NCBI GenBank assembly: GCA_002421665.1
Contig: DISH01000003.1
Location: forward strand, 39,291 to 103,290
Length of the DNA: 64,000 nt
Direction of reading: 5' to 3'
From: Candidatus Omnitrophica bacterium UBA6215
GTDB lineage: Bacteria > Omnitrophota > Gorgyraeia > Pluralincolimonadales > Pluralincolimonadaceae
The translations under genes were made by a program, and so were the position numbers. The notes under the pieces are model-generated. The model saw only the letters and a list, made by a program, of their open reading frames with translations, had not been told where the DNA came from and did no database searches. Every line of letters starts with the position of its first letter. Position 1 is the first letter of the stretch. Shown here piece after piece: positions 9,636 to 23,582 of the stretch.

Positions 9636-10733
9636 ATGAAAGCTTACTTGGTCCTGGAAGACGGAAGCGTCTATAAAGGGCAGTCGTTCGGGGCCCGCGG
9701 GGAGGCCTTTGGAGAACTGGTCTTTAATACTTCTATTACCGGCTACCAGGAGATACTTACCGACCCTTCATACAAGGGCCAGATAATAACCATGACATAT
9801 CCCTTAATAGGCAACTATGGCGTTAACGACGAGGATGCAGAGTCCGGCAGGCCGTGGGCCGAGGGTTTTGTCGTCAAGGAACTAAGCAGCATAGCGTCGA
9901 ACTACCGCAAGAAAGGGACGCTCGATGAATATATGCGTAGATACGGTGTCGTTGGCATCCAAGGCGTGGATACCAGGGCCATAACCAGGAAGATCAGGAC
10001 GCAAGGTGCCATGAAATGTGTTATATCGACCGAGGATGACGACGAGAGATCCTTGTTGGAGAAAGTAAAAGCCTCCCCGGGCCTTATAGGCAGGGATCTT
10101 GTCAGGGAGGTGACATGCGCCAAGCCTTTCGATTGGACGACAGGCCTTAAAGGGGATCCGAAGTATATCGTGGCAGCGGTCGACTGCGGAATGAAACTGA
10201 ACATTCTCAGGAACCTTAGCAGGATAGGATGCAAAGTAAAGGTCTTCCCTTCTTCCGCAACGGCCGAAGAAATAATGGGTATAAAGCCTGACGGACTTTT
10301 CCTCTCTAACGGGCCGGGTGACCCGGAAAGCGTCCCCTGCCACATAAAGGCCGTTAAGTCCCTCAGGGACAAACTCCCGATATTCGGCATATGCCTTGGC
10401 CACCAGATACTCGGCCTGGCTTTTGGCGGTAAGACCTATAAGTTGAAATTCGGCCATCATGGCGGCAACCATCCCGTGATGGACATTAAGACGCGGAAAG
10501 TGGACATTACTTCGCAAAACCACGGTTTCGCGGTCGACATAGATTCCATCCCGGACAAAGACATGGTCCTTACGCACGTCAATTTATATGACAAGACCGT
10601 AGAAGGCATGGAACACAGGGGACTTCCGGTCTTCTCGGTACAGTACCATCCGGAAGCGTGCCCCGGGCCTCACGATGCGCAATACCTGTTCGACAGGTTC
10701 GCTAAACTTATGCAGGAAAGGAAGAATGTCTAA
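9636..10733 (+). CDS. carA: Carbamoyl-phosphate synthase small (glutaminase) subunit.
   Basis: Class-I glutamine amidotransferase motif 'GICLGHQ'. The N-terminus '[20 protein letters not shown]' is present, preceded by an AGGAGG RBS. Confidence 0.9.
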   Translation: MKAYLVLEDGSVYKGQSFGARGEAFGELVFNTSITGYQEILTDPSYKGQIITMTYPLIGNYGVNDEDAESGRPWAEGFVVKELSSIASNYRKKGTLDEYMRRYGVVGIQGVDTRAITRKIRTQGAMKCVISTEDDDERSLLEKVKASPGLIGRDLVREVTCAKPFDWTTGLKGDPKYIVAAVDCGMKLNILRNLSRIGCKVKVFPSSATAEEIMGIKPDGLFLSNGPGDPESVPCHIKAVKSLRDKLPIFGICLGHQILGLAFGGKTYKLKFGHHGGNHPVMDIKTRKVDITSQNHGFAVDIDSIPDKDMVLTHVNLYDKTVEGMEHRGLPVFSVQYHPEACPGPHDAQYLFDRFAKLMQERKNV

Positions 10734-13700
10734 GAGAACAGATATACGCAAGATACTTATCATAGGTTCCGGCCCTATAGTCATAGGCCAGGCCTGCGAG
10801 TTCGATTATTCGGGCACACAGGCCTGCAAGGCGCTGCGGGAAGAAGGGTTTGAAGTGGTACTTGTAAATTCGAACCCGGCCACCATAATGACGGACCCCG
10901 ATACCGCGGATGTGACATATATAGAGCCGATAACCCCAGAGATAATAGCCAAGATAATAGAGAAGGAAAGGCCTGATGCCCTGCTTCCCACCTTAGGAGG
11001 CCAGACAGGGCTTAATTGTGCCATCCAGCTGCATGAAATGGGCGTGCTGAAGAAATTCGGCGTAGAGATGATAGGTGCTAAGGAAGAGGCGATAAAGAAA
11101 GCCGAGGACAGGAAACTGTTCAAGGAAGCGATGACAAAAATAGGCTTGGACCTGCCCAGGAGCGGTCTGGCGTATGATATGGCCCAGGCAAGGAAGATAG
11201 CTAAAGAAATAGGTTTTCCACTCGTCATAAGGCCTTCTTTTACGCTTGGAGGTACCGGCGGCGGCACGGCCAGGAACGAACAGGAATTCGAGCAGATAGC
11301 CCAGAGGGGCCTAAATTACAGTATGATAAGCGAGATCCTTATAGAAGAGTCGCTTATCGGATGGAAAGAATATGAGCTTGAGGTCATGCGCGACCTCAAA
11401 GACAATGTCGTCATAATCTGTTCGATAGAGAACCTGGACCCGATGGGTATCCATACGGGCGATTCCATAACCGTGGCCCCGGCGCAGACCCTGACGGATG
11501 CCGAATACCAGGTCATGAGAGATTCGGCGATAAAGGTTATTCGCGAGATAGGGGTCGAGACGGGAGGTTCCAATATCCAGTTTGCCGTTCACCCTGATAC
11601 CGGCAGGCAGATAATAATAGAGATGAACCCGCGAGTATCCAGGTCCTCTGCGCTGGCGTCAAAAGCCACGGGATTTCCCATCGCAAAGATCGCCGCCAAA
11701 CTTGCCGTAGGCTACACTCTCGATGAGATACCCAATGATATAACCAAAGAGACGCCGGCGTCGTTCGAGCCGACCATAGATTATTGCGTTGTCAAGATAC
11801 CGCGTTGGGCGTTCGAGAAATTCCCAAAGGCGGACCCTACGCTCAGCATCCAGATGAAATCAGTGGGCGAGACGATGGCTATAGGCCGCACGTTCAAGGA
11901 GGCCTTACAGAAAGGTATACGCTCCCTGGAGATAGGCAGGTTCGGATTGGGGGCCGACCCGAAAGATGAATATGAGGCAAGATCGAAAGACGCAGGGCTC
12001 GAGGAAGAAATAACGCAGAAGCTGATCAAGCCCAATCAGGACAGGCTGTTCTATGTAAGATATGCCATAAAGAATGGCTTCTCTATAGATAAGATATTCG
12101 AACTTACCGGTATAGACAGGTGGTTCCTCCAGAACATAAAAGAGATAATCGAGACAGAGGACGAGATCAGGAAATCCGGATTTACCCCGGCGATGATGCT
12201 AAAGGCCAAACAATACGGATTCTCGGACAAGCAGATAGCCTGCTTGCGCGGTTCCACCGAAGCGGAGATAAGGAGCTGCAGAAAAAAAGAAGGGATCTCG
12301 GCGGTATATAAGCTTGTCGATACGTGTGCGGCCGAGTTCGAAGCGTACACCCCGTATTTCTATTCGACCTACGAGCAAGAGGACGAGATAAGGCTTTCCG
12401 GAAAGAAGAAGATAATGATACTCGGGGGTGGTCCCAACAGGATAGGCCAGGGGATCGAGTTTGACTACTGCTGTGTCCACGCCTCGTTCGCGCTCAAGGA
12501 GATAGGTTACGAGACGATAATGGTCAATTCCAACCCGGAGACGGTCTCGACGGATTACGACACCTCGGACAAGCTCTATTTTGAGCCTCTTACCATAGAA
12601 GACGTCCTGAATATTGCGGACAAGGAAAATCCGGATGGTGTTATAGTGCAGTTCGGAGGGCAGACCCCCCTTAACCTTTCCGTAGCCCTGAAGAAGGCAG
12701 GCCTCAAGATAATAGGCACCACACCCGAGGCTATCGATATTGCCGAGGACAGGGAAAAATTCAAGGTACTCGTCGAGAAACTCAAGCTCAGGCAGCCGGT
12801 CAACGGCACGGCGTTTACGGTTGAAGCGGCCAAGGAAGCCGCCGGAAAGATAGGATACCCGGTGCTTGTAAGGCCGTCGTATGTCCTGGGCGGGCGGGCG
12901 ATGGAGATAGTATACGACGACGATTCGCTTGAATATTACATGACCCATGCGGTAAAAGCCTCCCCGGAATTTCCGGTGTTGATAGACAAGTTCCTCGATG
13001 ATGCCATAGAGGTGGACGTTGATATGATAGGGGACGGTGAGACTTTCGTTATCGGGGGGATCATGGAGCATATAGAAGAAGCCGGGGTGCATTCCGGGGA
13101 CGCGGCTATGGTCCTGCCCCCGCATACGCTTACGGAGAAGATCATAGATGAGATCAGGCAGGCTACGCATGCTCTGGCGAAAGAGCTTAATGTTGTCGGG
13201 CTGATGAACGTGCAATATGCGGTAAAGGACGGGAAAGTTTACATACTTGAGGTAAATCCGAGGGCGTCGAGGACTATACCGTTCGTCAGCAAGGCCATAG
13301 GCGTGCCGCTTGCAAAACTTGCCGCAAAAGTTATGTCCGGGGTGAAGCTTAAGGACCTCGGTTTCACGAAAGAGATAAAACCTTCGCAGATATCCGTAAA
13401 GGAATCGGTATTCCCGTTCGTGAAGTTCCCGGGCATAGACATAATACTCGGGCCCGAGATGAGGTCTACCGGCGAGGTTATGGGTATAGATGTGGACTTC
13501 GAGAGGGCTTTTGTCAAATCGCAGATGGCCGCCAATAGCGCTCTTCCTACGAAAGGCAAGGCATTTGTCAGCGTACAGGACAGGCATAAGGCAAAAATAA
13601 GCCCGATAGTAAAGAAATTGAATGGCTCCGGCTTCGAGATAATAGCGACCAAAGGGACCGCCGCGGAGCTTAAGAGCAGCGGTATTGAGGCGAAGGCGAT

Positions 13701-13971
13701 CCACAGGATAAGCGAGGGGAGCCCTAACATCCTCGACCACATGAAAAAAGGCGATATAGCGCTGATAATAAATACCCCTTCCGGAAAGAAGCCCAGGGAG
13801 GATGAGATAAAGATAAGGTCGCTTGCCGTTGCCCTTGGGATACCGTGTGTCACGACGATCCCGGGTGCGGACGCGGCCGTTAAGGGAATAGCCGCCCTCC
13901 AAAAGCACGGACCGGAGGTCAGGTCGCTCAAGGAGTGGCATAAGGAAGCGGCCCGCAAGGCGAGGAGTTAG
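10726..13971 (+). CDS. carB: Carbamoyl-phosphate synthase large subunit.
   Basis: Duplicated ATP-grasp halves ([22 protein letters not shown]... and [22 protein letters not shown]...) plus a C-terminal MGS-like domain. It overlaps the carA end by 8 nt. Confidence 0.95.
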   Translation: MSKRTDIRKILIIGSGPIVIGQACEFDYSGTQACKALREEGFEVVLVNSNPATIMTDPDTADVTYIEPITPEIIAKIIEKERPDALLPTLGGQTGLNCAIQLHEMGVLKKFGVEMIGAKEEAIKKAEDRKLFKEAMTKIGLDLPRSGLAYDMAQARKIAKEIGFPLVIRPSFTLGGTGGGTARNEQEFEQIAQRGLNYSMISEILIEESLIGWKEYELEVMRDLKDNVVIICSIENLDPMGIHTGDSITVAPAQTLTDAEYQVMRDSAIKVIREIGVETGGSNIQFAVHPDTGRQIIIEMNPRVSRSSALASKATGFPIAKIAAKLAVGYTLDEIPNDITKETPASFEPTIDYCVVKIPRWAFEKFPKADPTLSIQMKSVGETMAIGRTFKEALQKGIRSLEIGRFGLGADPKDEYEARSKDAGLEEEITQKLIKPNQDRLFYVRYAIKNGFSIDKIFELTGIDRWFLQNIKEIIETEDEIRKSGFTPAMMLKAKQYGFSDKQIACLRGSTEAEIRSCRKKEGISAVYKLVDTCAAEFEAYTPYFYSTYEQEDEIRLSGKKKIMILGGGPNRIGQGIEFDYCCVHASFALKEIGYETIMVNSNPETVSTDYDTSDKLYFEPLTIEDVLNIADKENPDGVIVQFGGQTPLNLSVALKKAGLKIIGTTPEAIDIAEDREKFKVLVEKLKLRQPVNGTAFTVEAAKEAAGKIGYPVLVRPSYVLGGRAMEIVYDDDSLEYYMTHAVKASPEFPVLIDKFLDDAIEVDVDMIGDGETFVIGGIMEHIEEAGVHSGDAAMVLPPHTLTEKIIDEIRQATHALAKELNVVGLMNVQYAVKDGKVYILEVNPRASRTIPFVSKAIGVPLAKLAAKVMSGVKLKDLGFTKEIKPSQISVKESVFPFVKFPGIDIILGPEMRSTGEVMGIDVDFERAFVKSQMAANSALPTKGKAFVSVQDRHKAKISPIVKKLNGSGFEIIATKGTAAELKSSGIEAKAIHRISEGSPNILDHMKKGDIALIINTPSGKKPREDEIKIRSLAVALGIPCVTTIPGADAAVKGIAALQKHGPEVRSLKEWHKEAARKARS

Positions 13972-13972
13972 T

Positions 13973-14746
13973 ATGCAGCATAAGAAAGGCAGGATAATAT
14001 CCAATAAAGAGGTCAAGCCGGGATATTACCTTATGGCTGTACATTGTCCGTCCGTGGCGAAAACGGCTAAGCCCGGCCAGTTCTTGACGATTAGATGCTC
14101 AGGGTCCACCGAACCCCTGCTCAGGAGGCCTTTCGGGTTCCACAGGATAAGTGCCTTAGGCTTCGAGATTCTTTATGAAGTGGTCGGGAAAGGGACTAAG
14201 GCGCTTTCCCGAATGAAGCCGTCCGATACGGTCGATATTCTCGGGCCGCTTGGTAACGGTTTCAGCATACCCGCCGGAAAGAGGGATTTCGTCATAATAG
14301 CAGGCGGCATAGGCGTTGCTCCGCTTACAGCGCTCGCAGAAGAGCTGGCAAGGGACAAGAAAAAGAACGTCTCGGTGATAATAGGCTCCCGGAGCAAGAG
14401 AACCTTATTGTGCAGGGAGCATTTCGAGGGGCTCGGCCTGAAGACAATGATAGCCACGGATGACGGCAGCTGCGGCAAAAAATGTTTTGCCACGGACGTC
14501 CTGGATGAATTCCTTGCCATTAAAAGGGCGTTCGCGCCAACCCTTTATGCCTGCGGACCGGAGCCCATGATAAGGGCCGTGGGCCGCGTGGCGAAGAAAC
14601 GCGGCTTGAAAGCCTACGCGTCTTTTGAGGAGAACATAGCCTGCGGGGTAGGCGCTTGCCTGGGATGCGCATTGAGGACAAAGAACGGTTATAAGCTGGT
14701 ATGTAAAGACGGTCCCGTATTTGACCTGAAAGAGATAATATGCTAA
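13973..14746 (+). CDS. pyrK: Dihydroorotate dehydrogenase electron-transfer subunit (FAD/NAD-binding, 2Fe-2S).
   Basis: Ferredoxin-reductase fold with a C-terminal Cys cluster 'CGVGACLGCAL'. It lies immediately upstream of pyrD, as in class 1B DHODH. Confidence 0.85.
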   Translation: MQHKKGRIISNKEVKPGYYLMAVHCPSVAKTAKPGQFLTIRCSGSTEPLLRRPFGFHRISALGFEILYEVVGKGTKALSRMKPSDTVDILGPLGNGFSIPAGKRDFVIIAGGIGVAPLTALAEELARDKKKNVSVIIGSRSKRTLLCREHFEGLGLKTMIATDDGSCGKKCFATDVLDEFLAIKRAFAPTLYACGPEPMIRAVGRVAKKRGLKAYASFEENIACGVGACLGCALRTKNGYKLVCKDGPVFDLKEIIC

Positions 14747-15654
14747 AACCCGACATGAAAGTCAGGATAGGCGGACTTGAGCTTCGCAATCCGGTGATGG
14801 CGGCTTCCGGGACATTCGGCTCGGGGGAGGAATACAAGGATATCACTGACCTTGACAGGATAGGCGCCATAGTCACTAAATCGGTGACCCTGAAACCCAG
14901 GGAGGGGAACCCCCCTCCGAGGCTTGTGGAGACCCCTTCGGGGGTGCTTAACGCGATCGGCATACAGAATGACGGGATAGATGCATTCATTAAAGACAAG
15001 CTGCCTTTTCTCGGGAAGATCAAGGCGGCTGTAGTGGTTTCCATAGCCGGGCACAGCCTTGAAGATTATTCGACGGTGGCATCCAGGCTGGACAGGGAAA
15101 AAAAGGTAGATGCCATAGAAGTGAATATCTCATGTCCTAACGTAAAGGGCGGGATGGAGTTCTCAAGGGATCCCGGCTTGGCTTCAGGCGTGACAAGGGA
15201 GGTCAAAAGGGCCACTCGGAAACCCGTAATAATAAAATTGTCGCCAAACGTCGGAGATATAGCGTCCATAGCATCCGCGGTAGAGGAATCCGGAGCGGAT
15301 GCCGTATCGCTGGTCAACACTTTTGCCGGCATGGCCGTAGACATTGAATCATGTATGCCTGTCCTCGGCAACATCACCGGAGGATTGAGCGGACCCGCCA
15401 TAAGACCGATAGCGCTTCGGATGGTATGGGAGACCGCAAAGAAGGTAAGGATCCCGGTAATAGGCATGGGAGGGATAATGGGCCCTGAAGATGCGCTTGA
15501 GTTCATGATAGCCGGTGCTTCGGCGGTCCAGGTAGGTACGGCGAATTTTGTCGATCCGGGCATTGCCGTCGGGATAGTCGACGGTATAGAGAAATACATG
15601 CGCAGGAAGAAGGTCAAGAGGATAAAGGAAATAACGGGATGCCTGAAAATATGA
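14740..15654 (+). CDS. pyrD: Dihydroorotate dehydrogenase 1B catalytic subunit.
   Basis: 'NPVMAASGTFGSG' and the 'NISCPN' active-site Cys motif are present. It overlaps pyrK by 7 nt. Confidence 0.9.
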   Translation: MLKPDMKVRIGGLELRNPVMAASGTFGSGEEYKDITDLDRIGAIVTKSVTLKPREGNPPPRLVETPSGVLNAIGIQNDGIDAFIKDKLPFLGKIKAAVVVSIAGHSLEDYSTVASRLDREKKVDAIEVNISCPNVKGGMEFSRDPGLASGVTREVKRATRKPVIIKLSPNVGDIASIASAVEESGADAVSLVNTFAGMAVDIESCMPVLGNITGGLSGPAIRPIALRMVWETAKKVRIPVIGMGGIMGPEDALEFMIAGASAVQVGTANFVDPGIAVGIVDGIEKYMRRKKVKRIKEITGCLKI

Positions 15655-16349
15655 AGACCGCCGATAAGCTCATAATTGCGCTTGATACGGAGACGCTTAA
15701 AGAGGCCGAATGCCTTGTAAAGGCCTTATTGCCTTCAGTCCGGACTTTCAAGATAGGCATGGGGCTATTTACGATGTATGGGCCGGATGCCGTCAGGATG
15801 GTATGCGATAACGGCGGAAGAGTATTCCTGGACCTTAAGTTCCTTGATATACCTAACACCGTCGCGCATGCCGTCAAGTCAGCCTGCGGGCTTGGCGTAT
15901 TTATGCTGAATATCCACGCGCTTGGAGGGCAGGATATGGCCTCGCGCGCCGTTGAAGCGGCGGCTGCCTCCGGAAAGAAACCGCTCCTTCTCGGGGTCAC
16001 GATACTTACAAGTATGGATGAAGCTTCGGTTAAGCAGGTCGGGATCTGCGGGGCCCTGGAGGATGAGGTCGTGTCGCTGGCGAAACTCTCCAGGCAGGCC
16101 GGGCTTGATGGAGTTGTCGCTTCGCCTAAAGAGATACATATCATCAGGGAGAACCTCGGAAGGGATTTTGTCATAGTGACCCCGGGCATCAGGCCGTCCG
16201 GTTCAGGCAAGGACGACCAAAAAAGGACAATGACACCCGGCGAAGCTGTCAGGGCAGGCGCGGACTATATCGTCGTGGGAAGGCCGGTAACAGGGTCCGG
16301 AGATCCGTCCGCAGCCGCAGCCGGCATGATCAAGGAGATGGAAAATTGA
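15639..16349 (+). CDS. pyrF: Orotidine-5'-phosphate decarboxylase.
   Basis: The 'LIIALDT' N-terminal motif and 'DLKFLDIPNTV' are present. Length is about 236 aa. Confidence 0.85.
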   Translation: MPENMKTADKLIIALDTETLKEAECLVKALLPSVRTFKIGMGLFTMYGPDAVRMVCDNGGRVFLDLKFLDIPNTVAHAVKSACGLGVFMLNIHALGGQDMASRAVEAAAASGKKPLLLGVTILTSMDEASVKQVGICGALEDEVVSLAKLSRQAGLDGVVASPKEIHIIRENLGRDFVIVTPGIRPSGSGKDDQKRTMTPGEAVRAGADYIVVGRPVTGSGDPSAAAAGMIKEMEN

Positions 16350-16915
16350 ACGGAAGATCCGTCATAAGGATATTCAGGGACAACAACGCTTTGCATAAGG
16401 GGCATTTCAAACTGTCGAGTGGCCTGCACAGCGAATATTACCTGCAATGCGCGCTTGTTCTTGCAGATACAAGATTGTCTGCGAAGTTATGCCGGGAATT
16501 GGCCGGTAAATTCAGAAGCAAGAAAGCTACCGTGGTAATAGGTCCGGCCATAGGCGGCATAACCGCGGCTTATGAAGTAGCTCGGTCTCTTGGGATAAAA
16601 GGTATATTCGCGGAGAGGGAAGAAGGGAAGATGGCCCTCAGGAGGGGTTTCGGCCTCAGCCCCGAAGACAAGGTAATAGTGGTGGAAGATGTCACTACCA
16701 CCGGAGGCTCTGCCCGTGAAGTCGTCAAACTTGCCGAGAGCTATGGGGCCAAAGTGGTCGGAATCGGGGCCATAATAGACAGGTCGGGCGGAAAGGCCAG
16801 GTTCAAGGCGCCGTTTAAGTCGCTCGCAAAACTTTCAATAAAAACATACCATCCTGATAGATGCCCTCTATGCAAGAAGGGCACGCCCATAATAAAACCA
16901 GGCAGCAGGAAATAA
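16346..16915 (+). CDS. pyrE: Orotate phosphoribosyltransferase.
   Basis: 'GHFKLSSGLHSEYYLQCA' and the PRPP-binding motif 'VIVVEDVTTTGGS' are present. Confidence 0.85.
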   Translation: MNGRSVIRIFRDNNALHKGHFKLSSGLHSEYYLQCALVLADTRLSAKLCRELAGKFRSKKATVVIGPAIGGITAAYEVARSLGIKGIFAEREEGKMALRRGFGLSPEDKVIVVEDVTTTGGSAREVVKLAESYGAKVVGIGAIIDRSGGKARFKAPFKSLAKLSIKTYHPDRCPLCKKGTPIIKPGSRK

Positions 16916-16917
16916 TC

Positions 16918-18153
16918 CTACAGCTCCAGCAACTTCTTTTTCGGGAAAGCCATCCTGAGCAAAGGAGGCGTAACGAGCGTCGTTGCCATTACCATTATTA
17001 CCATGGCCGAGAAGATATCTTTTTGTATTATGGAATGTCCAAGCCCATAGCCGGCAACTATCAGCCCGACCTCTCCCCTGGATATCATCCCGACACCTAC
17101 CCTGAATGATTCCTGTGTGTTGAATCCGGTGGCCCTGGCTCCCGCCATGCATCCGACAACCTTGGTTATGATCGCTATCAGGATGATCCCTATCACGAAC
17201 GGGATGTCCCCGCCCAATTCACGGGCGTTCGCGCGCAACCCTATATCCACAAGGAAGACCGGAACGAACAGGGGATAGGCAAAGATCTTAGCCGAATGCT
17301 CGATCTTCTCGAAATGCTTTGACCTTGTCAGCATGACTCCGCACAGGTAAGAGCCGGTTATTGCAGCCACTCTGCCGAAATATTCCGCGCCCCAGGCGTA
17401 GAGGAAGCATATAACTATGGTCATCGCGAACAGGGCATGTGAAGATGTAAGTTTTACCGCGTAATCAAGAACCCTGTCGAAGAACTTTGCCCCTATTAGT
17501 ATGGCTACGATGAAGAAAGCCGCTATTTGGAGTATAAGCAGCGCTATGGGCCATATGCTGTCCAGCGGGGCACCCGTCATGTCAGGCGGGTTTGTTGAGA
17601 AAGCGGCTACCAGCGAGAGGACTATTATCCCCATTATATCATCGATGACAGCGGCCCCTAATATGGCGGAAGCTTCCCTTGTCTTGACCGCGCCGATCTC
17701 CAGGAGCGTTTGGGCAGTTATCGATACGGACGTAGCGGTGAGTATGGTACCTATAAATATTGATTCAGGCACCGGAAAGCCCATATATACCGAAAACATA
17801 GTTCCGATCCCCATAGGAAGCACGACACCTCCTACGGCTGCCCAGAAAGCGTTCTTTCCGACCGCGAGTATGCCTTTAAGGTCGGTTTCAAGCCCGGCTA
17901 TGAACATCAGGAGAATGACGCCTATTTCAGCGATATCATGGATGACTTCCGCTATAGGCGCTGTAGCCTCCATGCCATGCGGCTGGAATATCGGCCACCC
18001 CATGAGGTTAAGCAAGCTTGGGCCGAGCAGCAGGCCTATGAGTATTTCCCCGAATACGGGAGGCTGTTTTATGGCAGCGCTCAAGCTGCCTACTAATTTT
18101 GCCGCCGCTACTATTACGCTTAACGCTAAAATCAGCTGCAGGATATGGTTCAT
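16918..18153 (-). CDS. Cation:proton antiporter (CPA2 / NapA-Kef-type Na+/H+ antiporter), 11-12 TM.
   Basis: Polytopic membrane protein. The N-terminus 'LILALSVIVAAAKLVGSLSAAIKQPPVFGEILIGLLLGPS' is typical of CPA2. The start overlaps the atpC stop (ATGA). Confidence 0.75.
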   Translation of the reverse strand: MNHILQLILALSVIVAAAKLVGSLSAAIKQPPVFGEILIGLLLGPSLLNLMGWPIFQPHGMEATAPIAEVIHDIAEIGVILLMFIAGLETDLKGILAVGKNAFWAAVGGVVLPMGIGTMFSVYMGFPVPESIFIGTILTATSVSITAQTLLEIGAVKTREASAILGAAVIDDIMGIIVLSLVAAFSTNPPDMTGAPLDSIWPIALLILQIAAFFIVAILIGAKFFDRVLDYAVKLTSSHALFAMTIVICFLYAWGAEYFGRVAAITGSYLCGVMLTRSKHFEKIEHSAKIFAYPLFVPVFLVDIGLRANARELGGDIPFVIGIILIAIITKVVGCMAGARATGFNTQESFRVGVGMISRGEVGLIVAGYGLGHSIIQKDIFSAMVIMVMATTLVTPPLLRMAFPKKKLLEL

Positions 18154-18422
18154 CTCGCCTCCACCGCGTCATCGACAAGCATACTTACCTCGTTCCTTAA
18201 AACCTCAAGGATCCCAATGCCTTTGTTTTCGAAAACGGTTGTCAGGGACCCGTTCCCCTTTATGATTATTTTACCAGGGCCCAAATTGGCTATCAACGGC
18301 GCATGGTCAACGAGGATGCCAAAGTACCCGGACTTTCCCGGGGCAATGAGGGAGGTGGTCTCCCCGCTGAAGAGGGTCCGTTCCGGAGTAGATATGCTTA
18401 TTTTGAGCATTTTACCGGGCAT
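18150..18422 (-). CDS. atpC: F1 ATP synthase epsilon subunit (short form, 90 aa).
   Basis: 'FSGETTSLIAPGKSGYFGILVDHAPLIANLGPGKIII' matches the epsilon beta-sandwich domain. It is the last gene of the atp operon. Confidence 0.7.
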   Translation of the reverse strand: MPGKMLKISISTPERTLFSGETTSLIAPGKSGYFGILVDHAPLIANLGPGKIIIKGNGSLTTVFENKGIGILEVLRNEVSMLVDDAVEAR

Positions 18423-18423
18423 G

Positions 18424-20741
<2,318 letters not shown>

Positions 20742-20760
20742 CCTATTCCGGAGTTTAAGA

Positions 20761-22269
20761 CTACTGCGTGAACTGCCTCTTGAATTCCAGCACCGCTTTA
20801 TCGAGTTTTTCCGATACGGAGGCGTCCATCTCTTTCTTCGTGGCTATCTCGTGCTCTATATCGGGATATTTTTCCTCTATGAATTTGTAAAACCCTTCCT
20901 CGAAATCCCCTATGCGGTCGGTAGGCATATCATCAAGATAGCCTTTGGTCCCGGCGTATATTATCATCACCTGTTTCGATAAGGAGAGGGGGTTGAATTG
21001 CCCCTGTTTGAGTATTTCCGTCATCTTCTCCCCTCGGGTAAGCTGCGCCTGGGTGACTTTATCCAGCTCGGACCCGAATTGTGCAAATGCTGCGAGTTCC
21101 CTGAATTGGGCCAGGTCGAGCCTGAGTTTCCCTGCCACGCTCTTCATGGCCCTTGTCTGTGCCTTGCCGCCTACACGCGATACCGAGAGGCCCACATTTA
21201 TGGCCGGCCTTATGCCGCCGTAGAAAAGGTCCGTTTCAAGGTATATCTGCCCGTCGGTGATCGATATGACATTGGTAGGTATGTAGCTTGTGATGTCCCC
21301 CGCCTGCGTCTCGATGAATGGGAGTGCCGTAAGGGACCCGCCGCCGAGAGCGTCGGATAATTTGGCCGCACGCTCAAGGAGCCTGGAATGCAGATAGAAT
21401 ATGTCCCCTGGGTAAGCTTCGCGCCCGGGGGGACGCCTTAACAGCAGAGACAGCTGCCTGTATGCCTGCGCATGTTTCGAAAGGTCGTCGTATACGACCA
21501 GGGCATGTTTGCCGTTATACATGAACTCCTCGCCGATGGCGCAACCGGCATAAGGGGCGAGGTACTGCAAGGGGGCAGGAGATTCGGCCGGGGCGCTGAC
21601 TATAGTGGTGTATTCCATTGCCCCGTATTTTGCCAATGTCTCGGTAACGGAGACGATGGTGGAAAGTTTCTGCCCTATTGCTACGTATATGCAAAAAACA
21701 TCCTTGTCTTTTTGGTTGATTATGGTATCTATGGCGATCGCGGTCTTGCCGGTCTGCCTGTCGCCGATGACCAGCTCCCTTTGGCCGCGGCCTATCGGTA
21801 TCATGGAATCTATGGCCTTGATCCCCGTCTGGAGGGGTTCCTTTACCGGCTGCCTTTGTATTACGTTAGGCGAATGGCTCTCTATGGTCCTGAATTTATC
21901 GGTAACGATAGGACCTTTTTCGTCAATAGGGTTTCCCAGGGCGTCAACGACCCTGCCGACCAGGGCTTTTCCGACAGGTATCTGGGCTATCTTCCCGGTC
22001 CTCTTGACGATGTCGCCGTCCTTTATATTCTCGTCCGAACCGAAGATGACGATGCCCACGCTTTCTTCCTCGAGGTTGAGGACAAGGCCCATTATCCCGC
22101 CGGGAAGCTCTACGAGCTCTCCGGCCATTACATCATCCAGGCCGTAGACGCGTGCTATGCCGTCGCCCACCTGCAAGATGGTTCCCACGGACTCCATCTT
22201 CATCTTGGACTTGAATTTTTCCAGTTCGCTCTTTATTACTGAAGTGACTTCTTCCGGTCTGAGTGCCAT
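20761..22269 (-). CDS. atpA: F1 ATP synthase alpha subunit.
   Basis: Walker A 'GDRQTGKT'. Length 502 aa. It lies between atpH and atpG. Confidence 0.95.
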   Translation of the reverse strand: MALRPEEVTSVIKSELEKFKSKMKMESVGTILQVGDGIARVYGLDDVMAGELVELPGGIMGLVLNLEEESVGIVIFGSDENIKDGDIVKRTGKIAQIPVGKALVGRVVDALGNPIDEKGPIVTDKFRTIESHSPNVIQRQPVKEPLQTGIKAIDSMIPIGRGQRELVIGDRQTGKTAIAIDTIINQKDKDVFCIYVAIGQKLSTIVSVTETLAKYGAMEYTTIVSAPAESPAPLQYLAPYAGCAIGEEFMYNGKHALVVYDDLSKHAQAYRQLSLLLRRPPGREAYPGDIFYLHSRLLERAAKLSDALGGGSLTALPFIETQAGDITSYIPTNVISITDGQIYLETDLFYGGIRPAINVGLSVSRVGGKAQTRAMKSVAGKLRLDLAQFRELAAFAQFGSELDKVTQAQLTRGEKMTEILKQGQFNPLSLSKQVMIIYAGTKGYLDDMPTDRIGDFEEGFYKFIEEKYPDIEHEIATKKEMDASVSEKLDKAVLEFKRQFTQ

Positions 22270-22270
22270 G

Positions 22271-22819
22271 TCAATCCACCTTTATTTCCATCAGATGCTC
22301 CCTCAATTCAGATATCTTTCTCTTGATCGATCCGTCAATGACCACGTGTCCTACTATAGCCTGTATGCCTCCGATCAGGCTCGGGTCCACGGCGGTCTCG
22401 ACCTCAAGCTTCTTTCCCGATTTCTCTTCCAGCCTGTTTTTTATGCTGTTCAGTAATTCAGGGGAGAGGGGCCTGGCGCTCCTGATAACGGCCCTCTCGA
22501 TGCCCATTTCCGCGTAGTATAATTCCCTTGCTTCCTGCGCTATATCGGCGGCCTCTTCGCTGCGGCGTTTTTCGACGACGAGTTTTATGAACTCGCGCGT
22601 CTCCTCGGAGAAGAAACCCCTGAAGGCTTTTTCTATGAAATCGGCCTTTTGGGGATATCCTATCTCCGGGTTATTTAGGAACTTGAGCAGATCGGGGTTC
22701 TCATCCAGAATGCTCCCGAGAGAGATAAGCTCCTCAAGGCCGCTCTTGGAGCCTATGGTGTCCTTGGCGAAAGCCAGGAACCCTTCGGCATACCTCTTGG
22801 CAACCCTGCGGTCGCTCAT
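22271..22819 (-). CDS. atpH: F1 ATP synthase delta (OSCP) subunit.
   Basis: The '[11 protein letters not shown]' OSCP N-terminal motif is present. Position and size fit. Confidence 0.8.
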   Translation of the reverse strand: MSDRRVAKRYAEGFLAFAKDTIGSKSGLEELISLGSILDENPDLLKFLNNPEIGYPQKADFIEKAFRGFFSEETREFIKLVVEKRRSEEAADIAQEARELYYAEMGIERAVIRSARPLSPELLNSIKNRLEEKSGKKLEVETAVDPSLIGGIQAIVGHVVIDGSIKRKISELREHLMEIKVD

Positions 22820-23313
22820 TTCACTTTTCCAAGCTCTTCGAGGAAGTCGGAGGCAAGCCTGCGGTCCTTATCGTCCGTTATCTTCTCCCTGAGAAGTTTT
22901 TCCGTAGTTCCCAACGTCAGGTCGATGACCTTCTGTTTCAGTTCCTGTTTAGCCTTCGAGATCTCAAGTTCTATGTTCTCCTGGGCCTTGTCAAGGATAG
23001 CCCGCGCTTCCTGGCGAGCCCCTTCGCGTATCTCCTGGGAGACCTTCTTACCTTCGGCTATCGCTTCCTGTATCTTAACGCGGGCCTCAGCCTCGATGCT
23101 TGAAAGCTTGTTCTCGTAGTCCGCTTTCAGCTTGGCTACCTCGGACTGGGCATCGTCGATCTTCTTGAATTCGGACGCGATACGCTCACGCCTGTCGTCA
23201 AGCATCTTCAGGAGCTTTTTCCAGGCAAATATCCGCAGGAAGGTAAGCAATATAAGGAAGCTTACTATCTGCGCAACGATCTCGCTTGTGCTTAAAGACT
23301 TAAGCAGTTCCAT
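22816..23313 (-). CDS. atpF: Fo ATP synthase subunit b.
   Basis: A single N-terminal TM helix followed by a long charged helix. It overlaps atpH by 4 nt. Confidence 0.8.
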   Translation of the reverse strand: MELLKSLSTSEIVAQIVSFLILLTFLRIFAWKKLLKMLDDRRERIASEFKKIDDAQSEVAKLKADYENKLSSIEAEARVKIQEAIAEGKKVSQEIREGARQEARAILDKAQENIELEISKAKQELKQKVIDLTLGTTEKLLREKITDDKDRRLASDFLEELGKVK

Positions 23314-23319
23314 CGCCCG

Positions 23320-23553
23320 TTATTGTATCTTTCCCAAAAGCGAGAAGGAGAGGACGAGGGCGTAGATCGTGAGGGCCTCTATGAGGGCGCATCCCGCGAT
23401 CATGTTGATTAGTATCTTCATCGAGGCCTCAGGCTGCCTGGCGGTCGCCTCCATGGCTGCCGCGACGGCCTTTCCAAGGGCGATGGCGGAACCGAAAGCC
23501 GCTATGGCGAGCCCTATCGGTACCGATATCGAAAGCATTGCTTGGTAGTTCAT
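23320..23553 (-). CDS. atpE: Fo ATP synthase subunit c.
   Basis: 77-aa helical hairpin with the conserved 'ARQPE' loop and a carboxylate in helix 2. Confidence 0.85.
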   Translation of the reverse strand: MNYQAMLSISVPIGLAIAAFGSAIALGKAVAAAMEATARQPEASMKILINMIAGCALIEALTIYALVLSFSLLGKIQ

Positions 23554-23582
23554 TTTATACCTCCTTTCAAGGTATTATGTTG

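Noticed and set aside
12199-14016. 605-aa ORF on the minus strand.
   Set aside because: It lies entirely antisense to carB, whose identity is unambiguous. Its R/Y/L-rich, low-complexity translation is typical of a mirror-frame artefact.
17501-18265. 254-aa plus-strand ORF.
   Set aside because: Antisense to the CPA2 antiporter gene. Its hydrophobic, low-complexity translation is a shadow of the membrane protein frame.
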